A stretch of 64,000 bases of DNA from Rhizodiscina lignyota. Its lineage: Eukaryota. A model generated the notes under the pieces. It was not told the DNA's origin. It was given only the letters and a program-made list of their open reading frames with translations, and made no database searches. The stretch is from assembly GCA_010015805.1 (NCBI GenBank), contig ML978130.1:682001-746000 (forward strand), given 5' to 3'. Each line of letters opens with the position of its first letter. Within the stretch, counting starts at the first letter, position 1. A program made the translations under genes and the position numbers. Positions 49,281-62,042 of the stretch are shown one piece after another.

Positions 49281-50981
49281 TAAAAGTGGAAAAAAGAACG
49301 TAAGATGTGAAGTATACTTCTTGACCCTCGAGATTTGGGTAATAGCATGTCTGAGCCAGTTTATATACCGGTTCACGCCTTTTGCTGGTCATCGAGCAAA
49401 CCGCTCGTCCGGATACACACTACGGGAACAGATGACGCCTCCATATTGCCCACGAGGAGAAAGACTGTCAACATAGCGGAGAAATTCCCGGACCCCAGAC
49501 AATTGATTTGCGGCCTGCCAGGAACGGATGTAAATTTGGAATGGCCATCGATCTAGACTACCGGGGCTGATGAGCTAACTGAGCGGAAATAAAGTGTCAT
49601 GCAAGCAGTGGCTCATAGTTCAACGCCCCAGTTCGTCGGGTGTGGAGAATAGCTCCAAGAGCGTGTCGAGCTTTTGCAGATGCCTGTCAGTAGATCGACA
49701 CGGTTAATTAAACGTGCCATGGTCGGGTAAATTGCTCCCCTGGTGGATTTCCGGGGCACTGATCAAAGTCGAAGAGGCTGCATGTGAAAAATCAGTAATT
49801 CAGCCTCAAAACGTGTTCTCCCCGCATCGTAAAATCCAAAATCTTGAGATTTAGCCTGAGTGGTACATATTGCGGGAATGGTGTTCGAGACCGAACATAC
49901 CTCATTACACGGGGCATCAGAGTAGCCGCAACTGCGAGGGAAATGTGGGTTTCAAGGCTGATGCATTTCGACCAAACAGATATGGTTGGCGAGGACGATG
50001 TCATTCCATCGTGCTACAACACAGGAGAGAAAGAAGAAATGGAGAAGTGAGCGTCGTGTATGATACTTAACTATCCTAACCAGGTGGCCACACCTGCGCC
50101 GAAGGATCATCTGGAGAAAGAAGTCAGATACGTCTGGTTCGCTTAAACTAGTCAGTAAAGGAGTGAATTAATTAATCGAATCAATTAACCATTGTGCGAA
50201 AGGCGATGGAGAAGTGGCAGAATTGCGGATGTTCGATGAAAATACATATTTCCCAAACGTGCACTTTACTCTATTTAGAATTTTCCCCACTTTTCCACAC
50301 CAATAGCAGTCATTTTACTGTTTTGTAGTTAATTTAGTATTATATCGTTTCATCATAGGTGATATGTCTTAAAATCGATTCATTCCGTGTTATGTTTACG
50401 AGAATTAAGATGCTACTGCGCCTTAAAGCGCAACAAAATATGGGCTTGCGCTGTTGAATGTCTGATCAACTTTCAAGCATGAGCTTCAGCGAACGTTACT
50501 CGATACTTGGATAGGAGTCACATTCATTTCTGGATTCACAACCTCCCAGAATAACCTCAATTATTATTCTTGACTCTTGATGACTCGAGATTATAAAATG
50601 AGAACTTTATCAGCAGTTCATAAATGAAGTGGATGCGTCCAGCGGCGAGGGGGTGTTCACAGCGGAGGTAATGATGCCCGAAATAAATTAAGTTATGAGT
50701 TGGGTAGCTACAGAAAGCTCATGCTGATGTAGAGCAGCCAAAAGGCTTCGCTACCCAAAATGCATCATGTCGAAAGGGCAAGATCGCAATCAGTAAACAA
50801 AGCCCCCGTGAAGTTTTGCCATGAAATCGCCCGTGCTGTATCATAGCCCATGGTTGTTTTCAAGCAGGTAGCCAAATGTGCGACGTCCACCATTATCGCA
50901 GAATCTCAAACATATCGCAGAACCAAAAGCACGGTCGCCTGGAAATGGAGTCGCCAAAATCTGACGGTACTCGGGCTAAGG

Positions 50982-51006
50982 TTAGCTCTCAGGATAGCTC
51001 TCAGGA
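50982..51006. repeat. 12-bp tandem duplication (TAGCTCTCAGGA)x2
   Basis: Read directly, downstream of the F-box-like gene. Confidence 0.8.
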
Positions 51007-51074
51007 CTTCGCGCCGAGAGCCATCTGTTCCCTGTAAGTAGCTTTGCACGCTCTTGCAGAGGTTCATTGAACTT

Positions 51075-52083
51075 TCAGCAGAAGTGATGGCCGGAATCGA
51101 ACGCTTTTCGCAGCCCAACCTTCATCTTGCCTTGGATACTGTTCACGTCCGGGACGTGGCCAGGCTCCATCCAGAAGTACCTGGTCGATGCATCGATCCC
51201 TTTCTCGTTTTCGATGATCGGTGCCAGAGTGCTACATACACGTCAGCGAATTCCCATGTATCAGTCGCCTTCATTGATTAAGGTTTGAAACTTACAGCTG
51301 GGCCAGGCTCATGCTATCGACTGACTTCACGGTATCGTGCCATTCGATCTTGATCTCTTTCAGATTTGGTGCCTTCTTCAACGTCTCGGCCACTTTGTTC
51401 GCGCGAATGCTAAGCATCTCCTCGTAGAAGCTGTGAATTCCAGAATCCATGTCACTGCCGCGCAAGAGCTCGGAGTCCCACACGAAGCGCAGTGTACACT
51501 TGCGGATCGATTCAAGGGGGGAGAAGGGCTTATTGACGAGAAGATCAAGAGTCTCTTCGAAGAACGTGTAGTGACAGAAACTTTGCGTAGCGTGGATAGT
51601 CAGGTTTGCTGTCTCGTAGAAGTGCCGAATTGCCTCATCTTTGATCTGCTTATTGACGAGGAGAATGTTTGGCGGAGGAGGGCAGGCAGACAGCTCGAAC
51701 ATGCCAATGGTGTGACGGTATTTGGTTTGCGGACGAGCGCGAGTCGTAGTAGTGCTGGCAGATTCGAGCGTTCCAGACACCATGTTGGCAGAAGGATGAG
51801 AGGCTGCGTCAGTGTCCTCCTCCTCCTCATCATCATCATCATCTTCTTCTTCTCCATCTTCCTCTGGAATCTCATCCTCACTGTCGGAATTGTCGATTTC
51901 ATCTCCAGCAGAAGGGATCAATCCTTCAGCCTTGTCGAACCAATCGCGCATCACATGCTCATGGCCATCCTCCCTCTCGTTGTACTTGTCGTAGATGATA
52001 TGGCGCAACTCAAGAGGAAGATCGAGGAAAGGAAAGGGCTCCTCCTCATAGTCCGTCATTATAACATCTTCCGTGGTGGCCAT
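51075..52083 (-). CDS. Hypothetical protein with F-box-like N-terminal motif and acidic tract
   Basis: FPFLDLPLELRHIIY, a D/E-rich segment and ILLVNKQIKDEA...FY. Intron ~51232-51295, last exon ends at 51075. Confidence 0.75.
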
Positions 52084-53170
52084 GGTCAAGGCCGGAAAGA
52101 TCTCGAAATTGAGGTTGAAGGTGTTTGAGAGTGTTAAGAGAAGGCAAAGAAAGCCTTGCGCGAGCAGAAGCAGGCGAATAGTGGAAGCGCTAGTCAGGAT
52201 TCTATAGCTTCGACGAGTCAAGTACGACTTGACGAGTGAAAGCTGAGCAAGGCTGCAGCCTGATGGGAGCGAGGCTGCAGGTGGGGGATGTGCAGGAGTT
52301 GTAGAAGGAAGAGTGCTCGAAGCAACTTATATGTCGCAGCACTTTTAGCTGGCTCATCTTCGGGCCGAGCGGAGAGTGTGCTATTATGTGTCTCTCTATT
52401 TCGCTCGATGAAGCTGTTGAGGATGTTTGCATCAGCTACGTGAAGTGTGCAGCGGGGCCGACTCGGGCGGACACAAGCTCCCTCGCTGCTCGAGGAATAT
52501 CTGGAGCCATTGGATATTTGGATTTCATGGCCCTGGGGGGTTTGGCTCTGTCATGATTGGCATTCGAGGTTCTATGTAGACGATTTTTCAAGGAGGAGGA
52601 GCGATATGCTATTTATATATCTCCGATCCTCGCCACCACCGCACCGGCCAAACCGCGCGGAAGAAATGAATTAATCTTTCTGAAATCTGAGTCCGAGAGA
52701 CAAGATCGAAGCACAGTTCAACAGTTCTAATATGTCTAATAATAATACATTATAGATACTGCTGCAGTCTCCCAAGTCTCGTCGCGGCTTCGCATCCTCT
52801 GCCACCATTGGACCGAACCTGCATGGAGCCCCTGCTTTCGCCAACGCTGTCACTGCGAAGGATTCCATAGCATGTGTGGCTAGTGCGGCGCTGCAAGCGT
52901 ATTTTCCCAGCCTGCACCGCTGGCCCTTCGGATCTCAAGCCATAAGAACGGCCGATGATCTCCACTCTTGAGCCATGCCACGGCCTTTATACTTATCCAG
53001 TGTTACGACAGCTGGAGTATGTCTCTCACTCGTTTCCCTTCCAGATATGGACTACCGTGTATGGTTCTGAGGCCGACATCGCGCGACCCGCGTTGGATTC
53101 CCTGCTCGGATCTTCATAAAATCCTCGAATTCGCTTCTCCACACGCGTGAGGGAGGAACAACCTCCTGGC

Positions 53171-54190
53171 ATGGCGAATAAGTCGAGTCCCTGTGTACAA
53201 TTTGAGGACAACAATATTCATTCGCTCAACGGCTGGCTTCCCTGCGAACCATATCATAAAGGCGGCCCGGTCGTCTCATGTTGCAAAAAGGACGGAGAAT
53301 GCCTCGACTATGGCTTATGCCACTACGATCACTCGTTAGTTGGTGGCAGCGGCTATTACCAAGGCTCGTGTACGGATCCGAACTACGAAAACAGTCTATG
53401 CCCTCATCTCTGCAGTATGTGCTGGTTGTGGTGCTCTGGAAACTTCACAAACAAAGGCAATTAGAGCTAATCGACTCTCCCGACAGATGATCAACCATTC
53501 CCTGACGTCAAGTGGAATGAGACATTGAACGAATGGCAATGTTGCGGGGCCAATTCGAAAGGCGAGGTCTCCTGCAACGCGCCCACGACGAACGAATTCT
53601 TCGATGCTCCTGCGCCCTCTCTCCTCTCCACCACTGCCACACCTGGCCAAACCACATCAGCGAAAGGCACGCGGACGCGGACGCGGACGCCCGCAACTGG
53701 GACGAAGAGCCCAACAGTCGCTCCTGCAACCAGTGCCCCAGCATCCTCGTCCGGTCTCTCAACAGGCGCAAAAGCGGGTATAGGCGTGGGAGCTGCACTT
53801 GGTGCACTCGTTGTAATTGGACTAATTGCGTGGTTTTTGCTTCGCCGGCGAAGTAGTAAGAAGGCCGAGACGATGGGAAGCGCATCAGGAATGGATAGTC
53901 AGGCACAACATTTTCAGCAAGACCAACAACCACTTCGGCACGACTACAAGTATGACCAAGGTTACGGGATACCCTTGGCCGACCTGCCGGCCGAGTCGGA
54001 CAGCGCGCAGAGATTTGAGATGCCGCAGCCTGGTGTAGAGAGTTATGCGGATAACATGAGGGGGCCGAAGATATATCCCTTGAGTAATGAACACGCGCCA
54101 CGCGAGCTACCAGGAAGTATGCCAGGATATCAGAGCTCGCGATTACACGAGCTGGATGCTTCGAATCGATCTACGAGACATATGAGATAA
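53171..54190 (+). CDS. Single-pass membrane protein, Mid2/SKG6-like (Cys-rich domain, S/T stalk, TM, cytosolic tail)
   Basis: CC..DGEC...GLC...YQGSCTDP...CP..C, intron 53415-53486, LSTGAKAGIGVGAALG TM followed by RRRSSKK, and ELP/ELD motifs. Confidence 0.8.
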
Positions 54191-54693
54191 TTTTGTATTC
54201 CACTTTTCCGGCATCCCGGTCTCAGCATCCTCACACGGTTCATGGACTTGCATTCTCCGGCGTTATTACGTGGGCTGGTCGCATCATACATTCATTCCTT
54301 TCTTGTCGATACCCAGTTGGATGATACCCACTTTGGATGGTATTGAGATAACAGGACTACTATTTCTGATTTATTCATCAAACCATGCCGAGGCATACGC
54401 ACGAAGTGTACTTATAGCCCAAGGATTTGTACAGTACACGAGGGCGTGCTACGCAATCATTTACCCCATCGATTACTCATCCACCACAGAGAGCTCCGCA
54501 CATCATTTATCGGTCGGACGGTCCTACTAAGATAATTCAAATGTGATAGGAAGCTTCGTGTTGATAGTTCCAGGGAAGTTAAATAAACATTCGTGCGAGA
54601 GATGTATATATTCACGCTTCGGGCACGATGTCTCAATTCCTCAAACACTATTTCAGAGCTCCTCTTCAACTCCTTGGGAATTAAGTCGACACT

Positions 54694-55245
54694 ATGGCAT
54701 CTTCAATAGACCAATTCAAGAAGACCGAAGCTCAGTCGATCCGCCATATCACTATCACCCTCCCGGTCTCATTTACAGCCTTCACGGATGCTTTCGAAGC
54801 AAAACTCGGCCGGATTTCCATGTCGCTCTTCAGGAATTCCAAAAGCTTCCACGATTATGAAACCGCTACAGCGGAAGTGAATGGCGGCGAGCCGTTCGCC
54901 ATCTCCAACAACTACAATCACGGCTATTTAGCGACCATCCGCAATCAAGACATAGGAGAGGGCAAGAAGAGGGTAGGCAAGCGCTACGATTTTGGCAATG
55001 TCTTGTTTGCAAGCAGCATGACAGTACATGATATCCGCGCGGGACAGTACGCACCGCTCACAATGCTGGTGTGGGAGGCGAAGGAGGGCGAGACGGTATG
55101 TCAGTGGGATAGCGCGGAAGACTTGATGGGAAAAGGGACGGAGGGAAATCCGGAGGTAGTGAAAGTCGCGGAGATGCTGGATAGAGAGAGGGAAACTGTT
55201 GTCATGGAGGCGTTTGAGACAGCGACAGGGAAGGAGAAACTATGA
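54694..55245 (+). CDS. DUF302-like protein (intronless)
   Basis: NHG...RYDFGNVLFASSMTVHDIRAGQYAPLTMLVWE resembles the DUF302 GNP...M..HD..AG.YAP pattern. Confidence 0.72.
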   Translation: MASSIDQFKKTEAQSIRHITITLPVSFTAFTDAFEAKLGRISMSLFRNSKSFHDYETATAEVNGGEPFAISNNYNHGYLATIRNQDIGEGKKRVGKRYDFGNVLFASSMTVHDIRAGQYAPLTMLVWEAKEGETVCQWDSAEDLMGKGTEGNPEVVKVAEMLDRERETVVMEAFETATGKEKL

Positions 55246-56284
55246 AGCAATTGGAGTCATGAGCGTGTTTGGGACACTGAAAGGTTTATTAGAGACTAGC
55301 GAGAAGGTTTAAATGCCTGGTCTTGAATTGCATACTAATCTGAACTTAGCCCCTGCGAAGTATTACTCCGCAGTGAATGGAAGTGTCCCATTCACTGATT
55401 CGTCAACAGTGGCTGACCACCTGAATGTGTGATGGAGCTTCTGGCTATTTAAATGAGGACTTCGTCCCGTCTCCCTGCTTCGTGGACAACTTTGGAGATA
55501 ATCTCGAATACTAATGAAACCTTCGTCAATCTTCGTTCATGTATGATCATGAAACAGATAAGAGCGGAAAGACTTACAGTACGCTTTCTCAATCTCGAAG
55601 TGTTGTGTTGCCACATCGCTGCTCGCGCACCCAACAAGATCAGCAAACCTTCCGTGACCAGGACTGAGCTGGACATTTAGAATACCACAATACCGTCCAG
55701 GATCGGTCGATACAAGTTCAAAGTCGAAACATTCTGCCTCCTCGCGAATGCGATACGATATGTACCGCAGGCTTAGAGTAACGCCGAGCTGGTGCGCCCA
55801 TTTTCCGCACCATTTTGCGGCAACTAACCACATCTGTGAGGCCAATATGTATGTAAGCAAAGGGGTCACTTTCTTCAACCTCATCCTCCTTCCTTCTCAT
55901 TGCGTCCAGCTGAACATTGTGTCCAGCTGAACCAATGCCGACTTAAAGGTTCCGCCATTTTCAATGTCCCTATTAAGCCATTCGCTTCGCCCGCCAATTA
56001 TCGCACCGAATCTCTCTCTAGGCGAGGAGCCGGACAACGCATCTATCCGCGATGACGCTTGGCAAAGCATTGAATAGAGGCGGTTCGCCGACGGTGTACG
56101 AAGCGCTTAAATGCTCTTTCCGCGGGAAATGCGGAAAATGGATCTTCAACATTCCTTAAGTCCGATAATTGTACGGAATACTGCATAACTGTCCCAGTGC
56201 GTTGAGTAGATGTGCGACATATGAACGCGTTGAACTCTCGCTGTTCAGCTTTCTTTCCGTCTGCTTTGAATCTCATTACTCACA

Positions 56285-57934
56285 ATGGAAGCTCTTCCAG
56301 TTGCAGCGGGATGGGCAATTAACAATCTCTCACCTCAGAAAATACTCAAGAGCATAGGTCTCGGCTCACTACTTTTGAGCCTCGACCCCATTGAGCGGGA
56401 ACTCGGCGGACGTCTCTCGAAAGACGCGTCTATTCTACTTCCCAGCGCGCCTAATTTCAAGAATGCTAGCGATCGATGGCAGAATGAATACAAGGCACCG
56501 CAAATTTCATCAGTCGTAAACGTCAAGACGGAGGAAGACGTGCAGGAGACAGTGAGCTGAGACGGTGGAATTCCGCGATCGGGAGCTGACTGTTCAGATT
56601 CGATACGCGAATGAACATGAACGCCCGTTCATTGCTATGGCAGGCGGGCATGGCCAGACCGGAGCACTTAGTCACGTAAGAGATGGAATTCAAATCGACC
56701 TGCGCGCTATGGATCAAGTTGTCATCTCGGAAGATGGGAAGAGCGCGGTTATTGGTGGAGGCGCGAAAGTCAAGAAAGTGGTCGATGAGCTGTGGGCTTT
56801 TGGCAAGGAGACGGGTTCGTAAAGTGAAGAAATATCACCCTACTGCTCGAACTGACTATGTCAGTGACCGGAATCTGTGAGTGTGTCGGTATTGCTGCGC
56901 CGATGCTCGGTGGCGGCCACGGCTGGAACCAAGGGAAATACGGTCTCGGAATCGACCAACTCATCGAAGCGCGGATAGTGCTCTCGAACGGCACCGCTGT
57001 TACAGCATCTGAAAAGTCAAATCCAGATCTGTTTTGGGCAATCAGGGGCGCAGGCCACAATTTCGGCATTGTCACAGAGATGAAATACAAGATATACGAT
57101 GTCGACTCAGAGAGCACACGGGCTTTCGAGTTCTTTTACTTCGCCGAGGACAAGCTGGAGGCTTTGTACACCCAGGCGAACGAATTGTTAAAGACGCAGC
57201 CTGCAAACATTGTGCATTGGAGCTTTATGGTCATGTTGCCATTCGATTCTGTTCACGTAAGTCTTTAACCTCGTTCGATAACACAGATTAACGAGAAGCA
57301 GCCAACTTTAATATACGCAATAGTTCATGATGGGCCTGCCTCATACTTGAAGGAATATGCTACACCGATACGGGACCTCGGACCTATTCATACTGAAGCT
57401 GGCGAGCTGTCTATGCCAGCACTGGCCGCAATAGCGTTTATGGACGAAGGGGGTGCAGGATGTGCGCGCGGCTTGACGGGCCTTCGCTTCCCTATCATCT
57501 TCGACAAGTTCGACGTCCCCGCTGTTCGTAAGGTGTACAACCACTACGATAAAACACTTCAGCAGTACCCGCAGTTCAACGGCTCGTTCTTCCTGCTCGA
57601 GCAGTACTCCACCCAAGCCGTGAAAGCGGTTCCAGATGAGAGTACGGCGTTCCCGCATCGCGAATACGATCTGCTTCTGACCCCGTACATCGTGTACAAG
57701 CCGGATCCGAGGATGGACCCGATCGCAGAGACCTTTGGACGGCAGATGAGAGAGTATTTGCTTCGGGGATCGGAGAGTCCGGATAAGTTGATGGCATACG
57801 TGAATTATGCGCATGGAGATGAGTCGCTCGAAGCCTTGTATGGATGGGATGAATGGCGGCTGGAGAAGCTAAGGAAACTGAAAGCAGAGTGGGATCCGTT
57901 GAATCGGATGAGATGGTATGCACCCATTGTGTGA
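56285..57934 (+). CDS. FAD-linked oxidase, berberine-bridge/VAO family, 4 exons
   Basis: MAGGHG, TGICECVG, LGGGHG..G.YGL..D, DLFWAIRGAGHNFGIVT and YVNYA...LRKLKAEWDPLN. Introns ~56552-56597, ~56815-56863 and ~57257-57301. Confidence 0.92.
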
Positions 57935-58947
57935 TTTGCCGCGTAAATATTCGCCTCTTCAGTTTCACGCCAGCTTTTATTTCATGTTGGGACGGTCTGT
58001 CATCGGGATAACTTCACATGCAGAAATGTCTTTTAGACATAATCAATATGAAATTGCTGAGCTATTACTCGCCATTCACAAACCCCCGCAAATTCTTCAG
58101 AGCACATCTCTCCAGCGTCTGCAGCCCGTCGTGGGTACAGTCATACTTTTATCATTCCCATCTCACTATCTACGTTGTACCTATGCATACGACTACAGCT
58201 ATAGCAATTGCTCTACAACTGATATTGCGGCAGAATGATTCCGTTGTGAAAGGTGCGCTGCCAAATGGGAACTCTTCCATCTCATGCACCTCAGAAGCGA
58301 GCAACGCAACGGATGTTCAGTTCCCGCGATCGGGCGTAAAATCATGCAAACGGATGCACAGTTCCTGAGGCTGAATGATCGACGTCAAACCATTGGCAGA
58401 GAGTTGTTCGGTTTGATGCTTCCTCACAGGAAGAACAGAGCCGGCCAACCTTATTTAAATACGCTGCAAGATCTCTGTTCCGCGTACTTTCAGACCGCTC
58501 GACTGCCAGATTCGATGCTTACAAGACTCCGGCGACGTCTCTCATTTGCTCGTTTATGTCTAAGAAGGCGGAGCAGTTGGCGGACAGCATGGAGGGAGCA
58601 CCCACGCACGGCCGTTATGCGCGACCTGCACGAACATTGCTGCAGCGGGACGTCTACGAAGGATGAGCTCCATGCTGTGAGCCCGCCGGACTGAGGAGGA
58701 GTCTCCTTCTGTCTTGCTGCTATTGGATCTCGAACGAGGGAAATGTCCCCTGTGTCTCCGGCTTAAACTACCAAGATCCCTGACGCTCGCCTGTGCTCTA
58801 TAACGGCAGCGCGCCCGCGAACAGAAAATTTTACTTCCGTCTGACATCAAAATTTCATGTTCGACTGGAGTTCAAAGGCAAGATTCAGTCGGTTTTGACT
58901 GCTTTCGTTTATTAGACGCATCTACGTCTGTTCACTGCATTTTAGCG

Positions 58948-59673
58948 ATGTCTGAGCACTGTGCCGGCTTGCCAGCATACAGTGGCGCGACTGAGCCTAT
59001 TTCTACTGCTCCTGTCCCGCCATCGCGGAGCCATCTAAAGACAGAGAAAGACGTGGGAACTCAGGACGACTTTGTGCGTGATTACATCCGGGGACATGAG
59101 CGGCGAATCCGTGATTGGCCAGGGGACTCAATCTCCGACTTTGCGGAATTACATTGTTTGTTGCTGAAAGACCGCCTTATTCGGCAAGTTCGCGCCTTGG
59201 ACGAGACGACGACCAAGCCGGTCGACCGCGTTGAGCAGATTGCTGCTGAATTTGAGAGGTACAGTATGTGCCATGCGTCTGAAGCTCTCACGGAGGGACG
59301 GATTTTAACGTTTGTGACAGTGGGCGCTCTGCAGCATCGAGATACCCTGAAAGCTTCCAACTTCAGCGTTCATCGAAACTTCGAAGAAGTGGGAAGGAGT
59401 ATTGCTTTGCGACAACAAAAGCGGAAGGCTCTTATGCGCCGGCTGGCTCTTGCATTGCTCGGTGGCATTGCACCGATCATACCAATGATGATTATGAGCC
59501 TTGTATCGACAAAGGCTTGTTCTCTCGCGACCACATCTGTCGCGACATTCCTCATTGCTTGCCTTGTTGCCATCTTCTCTGAAGCCAAAGAGCAGGAGGT
59601 CCTCGCAGTTGTTGCGGCATACTCTGCGGTATTGGTCGTGTTTGTTGGTACGAGCAACCATGGGACTGGGTGA
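58948..59673 (+). CDS. DUF6594-like membrane protein
   Basis: C-terminal hydrophobic helices RLALALLGGIAPIIPMMIM...SLATTSVATF...AKEQEVLAVVAAYSAVLVVFVG, typical of this fungal family. Confidence 0.72.
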   Translation: MSEHCAGLPAYSGATEPISTAPVPPSRSHLKTEKDVGTQDDFVRDYIRGHERRIRDWPGDSISDFAELHCLLLKDRLIRQVRALDETTTKPVDRVEQIAAEFERYSMCHASEALTEGRILTFVTVGALQHRDTLKASNFSVHRNFEEVGRSIALRQQKRKALMRRLALALLGGIAPIIPMMIMSLVSTKACSLATTSVATFLIACLVAIFSEAKEQEVLAVVAAYSAVLVVFVGTSNHGTG

Positions 59674-61430
59674 GGCTGTAATGGTCCAGTTCCATATCTT
59701 CCCGTGTAGCGTACGGCGCGTCGATGCTCCTTTCCACTGTGACGAAGTTTTTGACTACCGTTATGCTCAGGCGCTCCGAACCAAGGACTGCGTCAGCAGC
59801 AATACAAGGCTTCTTGTCCTCTGTGTACTCATTAAAGGCCTTTTCCCCTGTCATGAATGCGGCTTTCACTGCTGCGCTTTAAACAGTAGTATGTCATTCG
59901 GGCTGTATATTCGGATTCTCTCGTCTCCGGCTTGGTGACATACTTTAATGAATCCCAAATCGAAGGTTAGAGTTAACAAATCCCTTTCAAATAGTCAGGG
60001 AGACTTGATAAAAGTCCTTAGCGAGACGAACTTGTTCTCTTTAATGTGGCATCTGTAAAGATCCCATTCCAATGCTTTCTATCCTTATTTATGTCGGAGG
60101 TGGAGCTGTTTCGTCTTGTCTGTTTCGGAGCCAATCAAAAGTAGAAGACCACCGCTGCTGATTAAACATTAAGTGCTTCGTTCAAAATTGGATATGGATT
60201 AGAAAGCAAAGGCAGACTGGAGAGCGAGGCGTGGTTCGCATCTATCAGGCACCTTTGAGTCGTCGGGTCCGCGCCGAGCGTTTGCCTTAATTCTTCATCT
60301 CAAGCTGCCCATCATTAAGGCAAACGAAGAGCCAGGGCTACCGCGAGAGCATCTCGATGTCGCTTCAGGAGACTGTGTCCTCATGCTTGGCTCAATGAGA
60401 TGTCCGGTTACGCGTTGTCTTGAATGTCGAGCTTTCTCTTTTGTCATATTAAGGCCAACATGGCGGCATTTCGACAAGACGCTCCCCTATTGCCAAGTTC
60501 CCCCACGCTTGCCTGATCCAACGGCAAGAACAGCGACGACAATGTAATACGTCGCCTAGGCGGCGAGGGTGCCATGTGCCAGCTGCTGCAATCAAGCTGC
60601 AAGGTCCATAGCGTCATCACCCCAAAGGCGAAACTCAAAAAACGCTCGCCGAGATTGAGCTGTCTCTCCCAATGCGGAAAGCATGCATGTGCGCATCCCC
60701 GCAGTCCTCTGCCCCACAAGGCCTGCAGCGTGGGATTGTCGCACTGTTGATCTGGTGTGCGTGGGGGTGATACCAAAGCTCCAACAGGCTTAAGCTTTGA
60801 CGAATGCTCCTGCGCCCGCATCAAGACTCTACGATTTCCTATTCGCGACAGATCTCTCTCATGACGACGTCGGGATTCTATTCCCGCATTTGTGATCTTG
60901 GGTTCATGTGGAACCCCCACATATCAAGACTGTCGCCCCCACGGTTTTAAGAGGCTTTATGGCGCAAACGTCCATTCGGTGTCAGACACTCTCCAAGTCC
61001 ATAGGCTGATGCCGCGAGATGGGAAGAGAAATAGGCGAGAACGGAAAAGGGTGCACGAGATGGATTGCTATTTTCGTCCTTGCAGTTATATCACTCGGCG
61101 ACGCGTGGGGGATACAGCGTTTACCTTCGAAGGCTGGAGAATATGCGCGATTTGGGGGATGCCGCTTTGTATTCCTTACACGGAACCAGTCGGGATCCAC
61201 GAAAGAGCTACCTCTTACTGGTCAAACTACGTATGCTCTCTGTCTGGTGGCTGCGTTGACGTGTAGAAGGGGCGAAGGTGAAATAGCGTCTTCCCTCGCA
61301 GTACATATGGTTGACTTCCGCATCGCAACCAGTCTCTATTGTATTCCCACGTCAAAATCATTCTCCAACGTATGGTTACAGCTCACCCTACAAGAGCGGT
61401 GCCATTCCGGTGCTTCTTTACGGCATAAAA

Positions 61431-62042
61431 ATGTCGAAGCCTCTGAATCTTGAAGAAATTGCCTTCCTTGTCAAGTTCGCAGAAGGAGAGTCGAGCGATT
61501 CCAAAGTGAGTAGAGATGTTGATATCATATTTTCTGGTGCTTGAGAGTGTTAGAGCAAGTCGATTTTATTCTCTCCGCCCTTCAGTGAAATTATGTTGTG
61601 CCTACAGATGCATAATGCTTTCTGTGCTGCTTCTTTCTTCCATCTCTTTGGGTCCATAGCTGGGTTGCGACGACTGGCCCACGTGGGTTAATAGCTGATA
61701 GAGCCGCAACAGACATGTGGGCTGTTTGGACTTAGGAGGGATACCCGGAGGCTGAAAGTCCAACAAGTCATCGACAAGAATGGCGACGAGACCCGAACAA
61801 GCTCCGAAATCGAAATCGACCCTCGATGGAGGCACCAACATCACAACAACAACTCTCCAGAGATAGCTGAACACCATAACGCTGTATTTGACGAGGAGGG
61901 CTCTGAAATGTTGCGGCGCATGCTGCAGGAATTATCGTACGAGGAGCCGTACAATATCTTATGCCATGCTGGCCGACGCACGCTGTATTCAAATAGTGAT
62001 TGCGTCAATGGAATACGAGAGGAGAAAGCGACTGCGGGTTGA
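61431..62042 (+). CDS. Possible two-exon orphan protein
   Basis: MSKPLNLEEIAFLVKFAEGESSDSK is followed by a GTGAGT donor. A phase-0 TAG acceptor at ~61694 opens ~115 stop-free codons. No recognisable domain. Confidence 0.25.

Noticed and set aside
51337..52128. 263-aa antisense ORF over the F-box-like gene
   Set aside because: Shadow frame with low-complexity runs mirroring the acidic tract.
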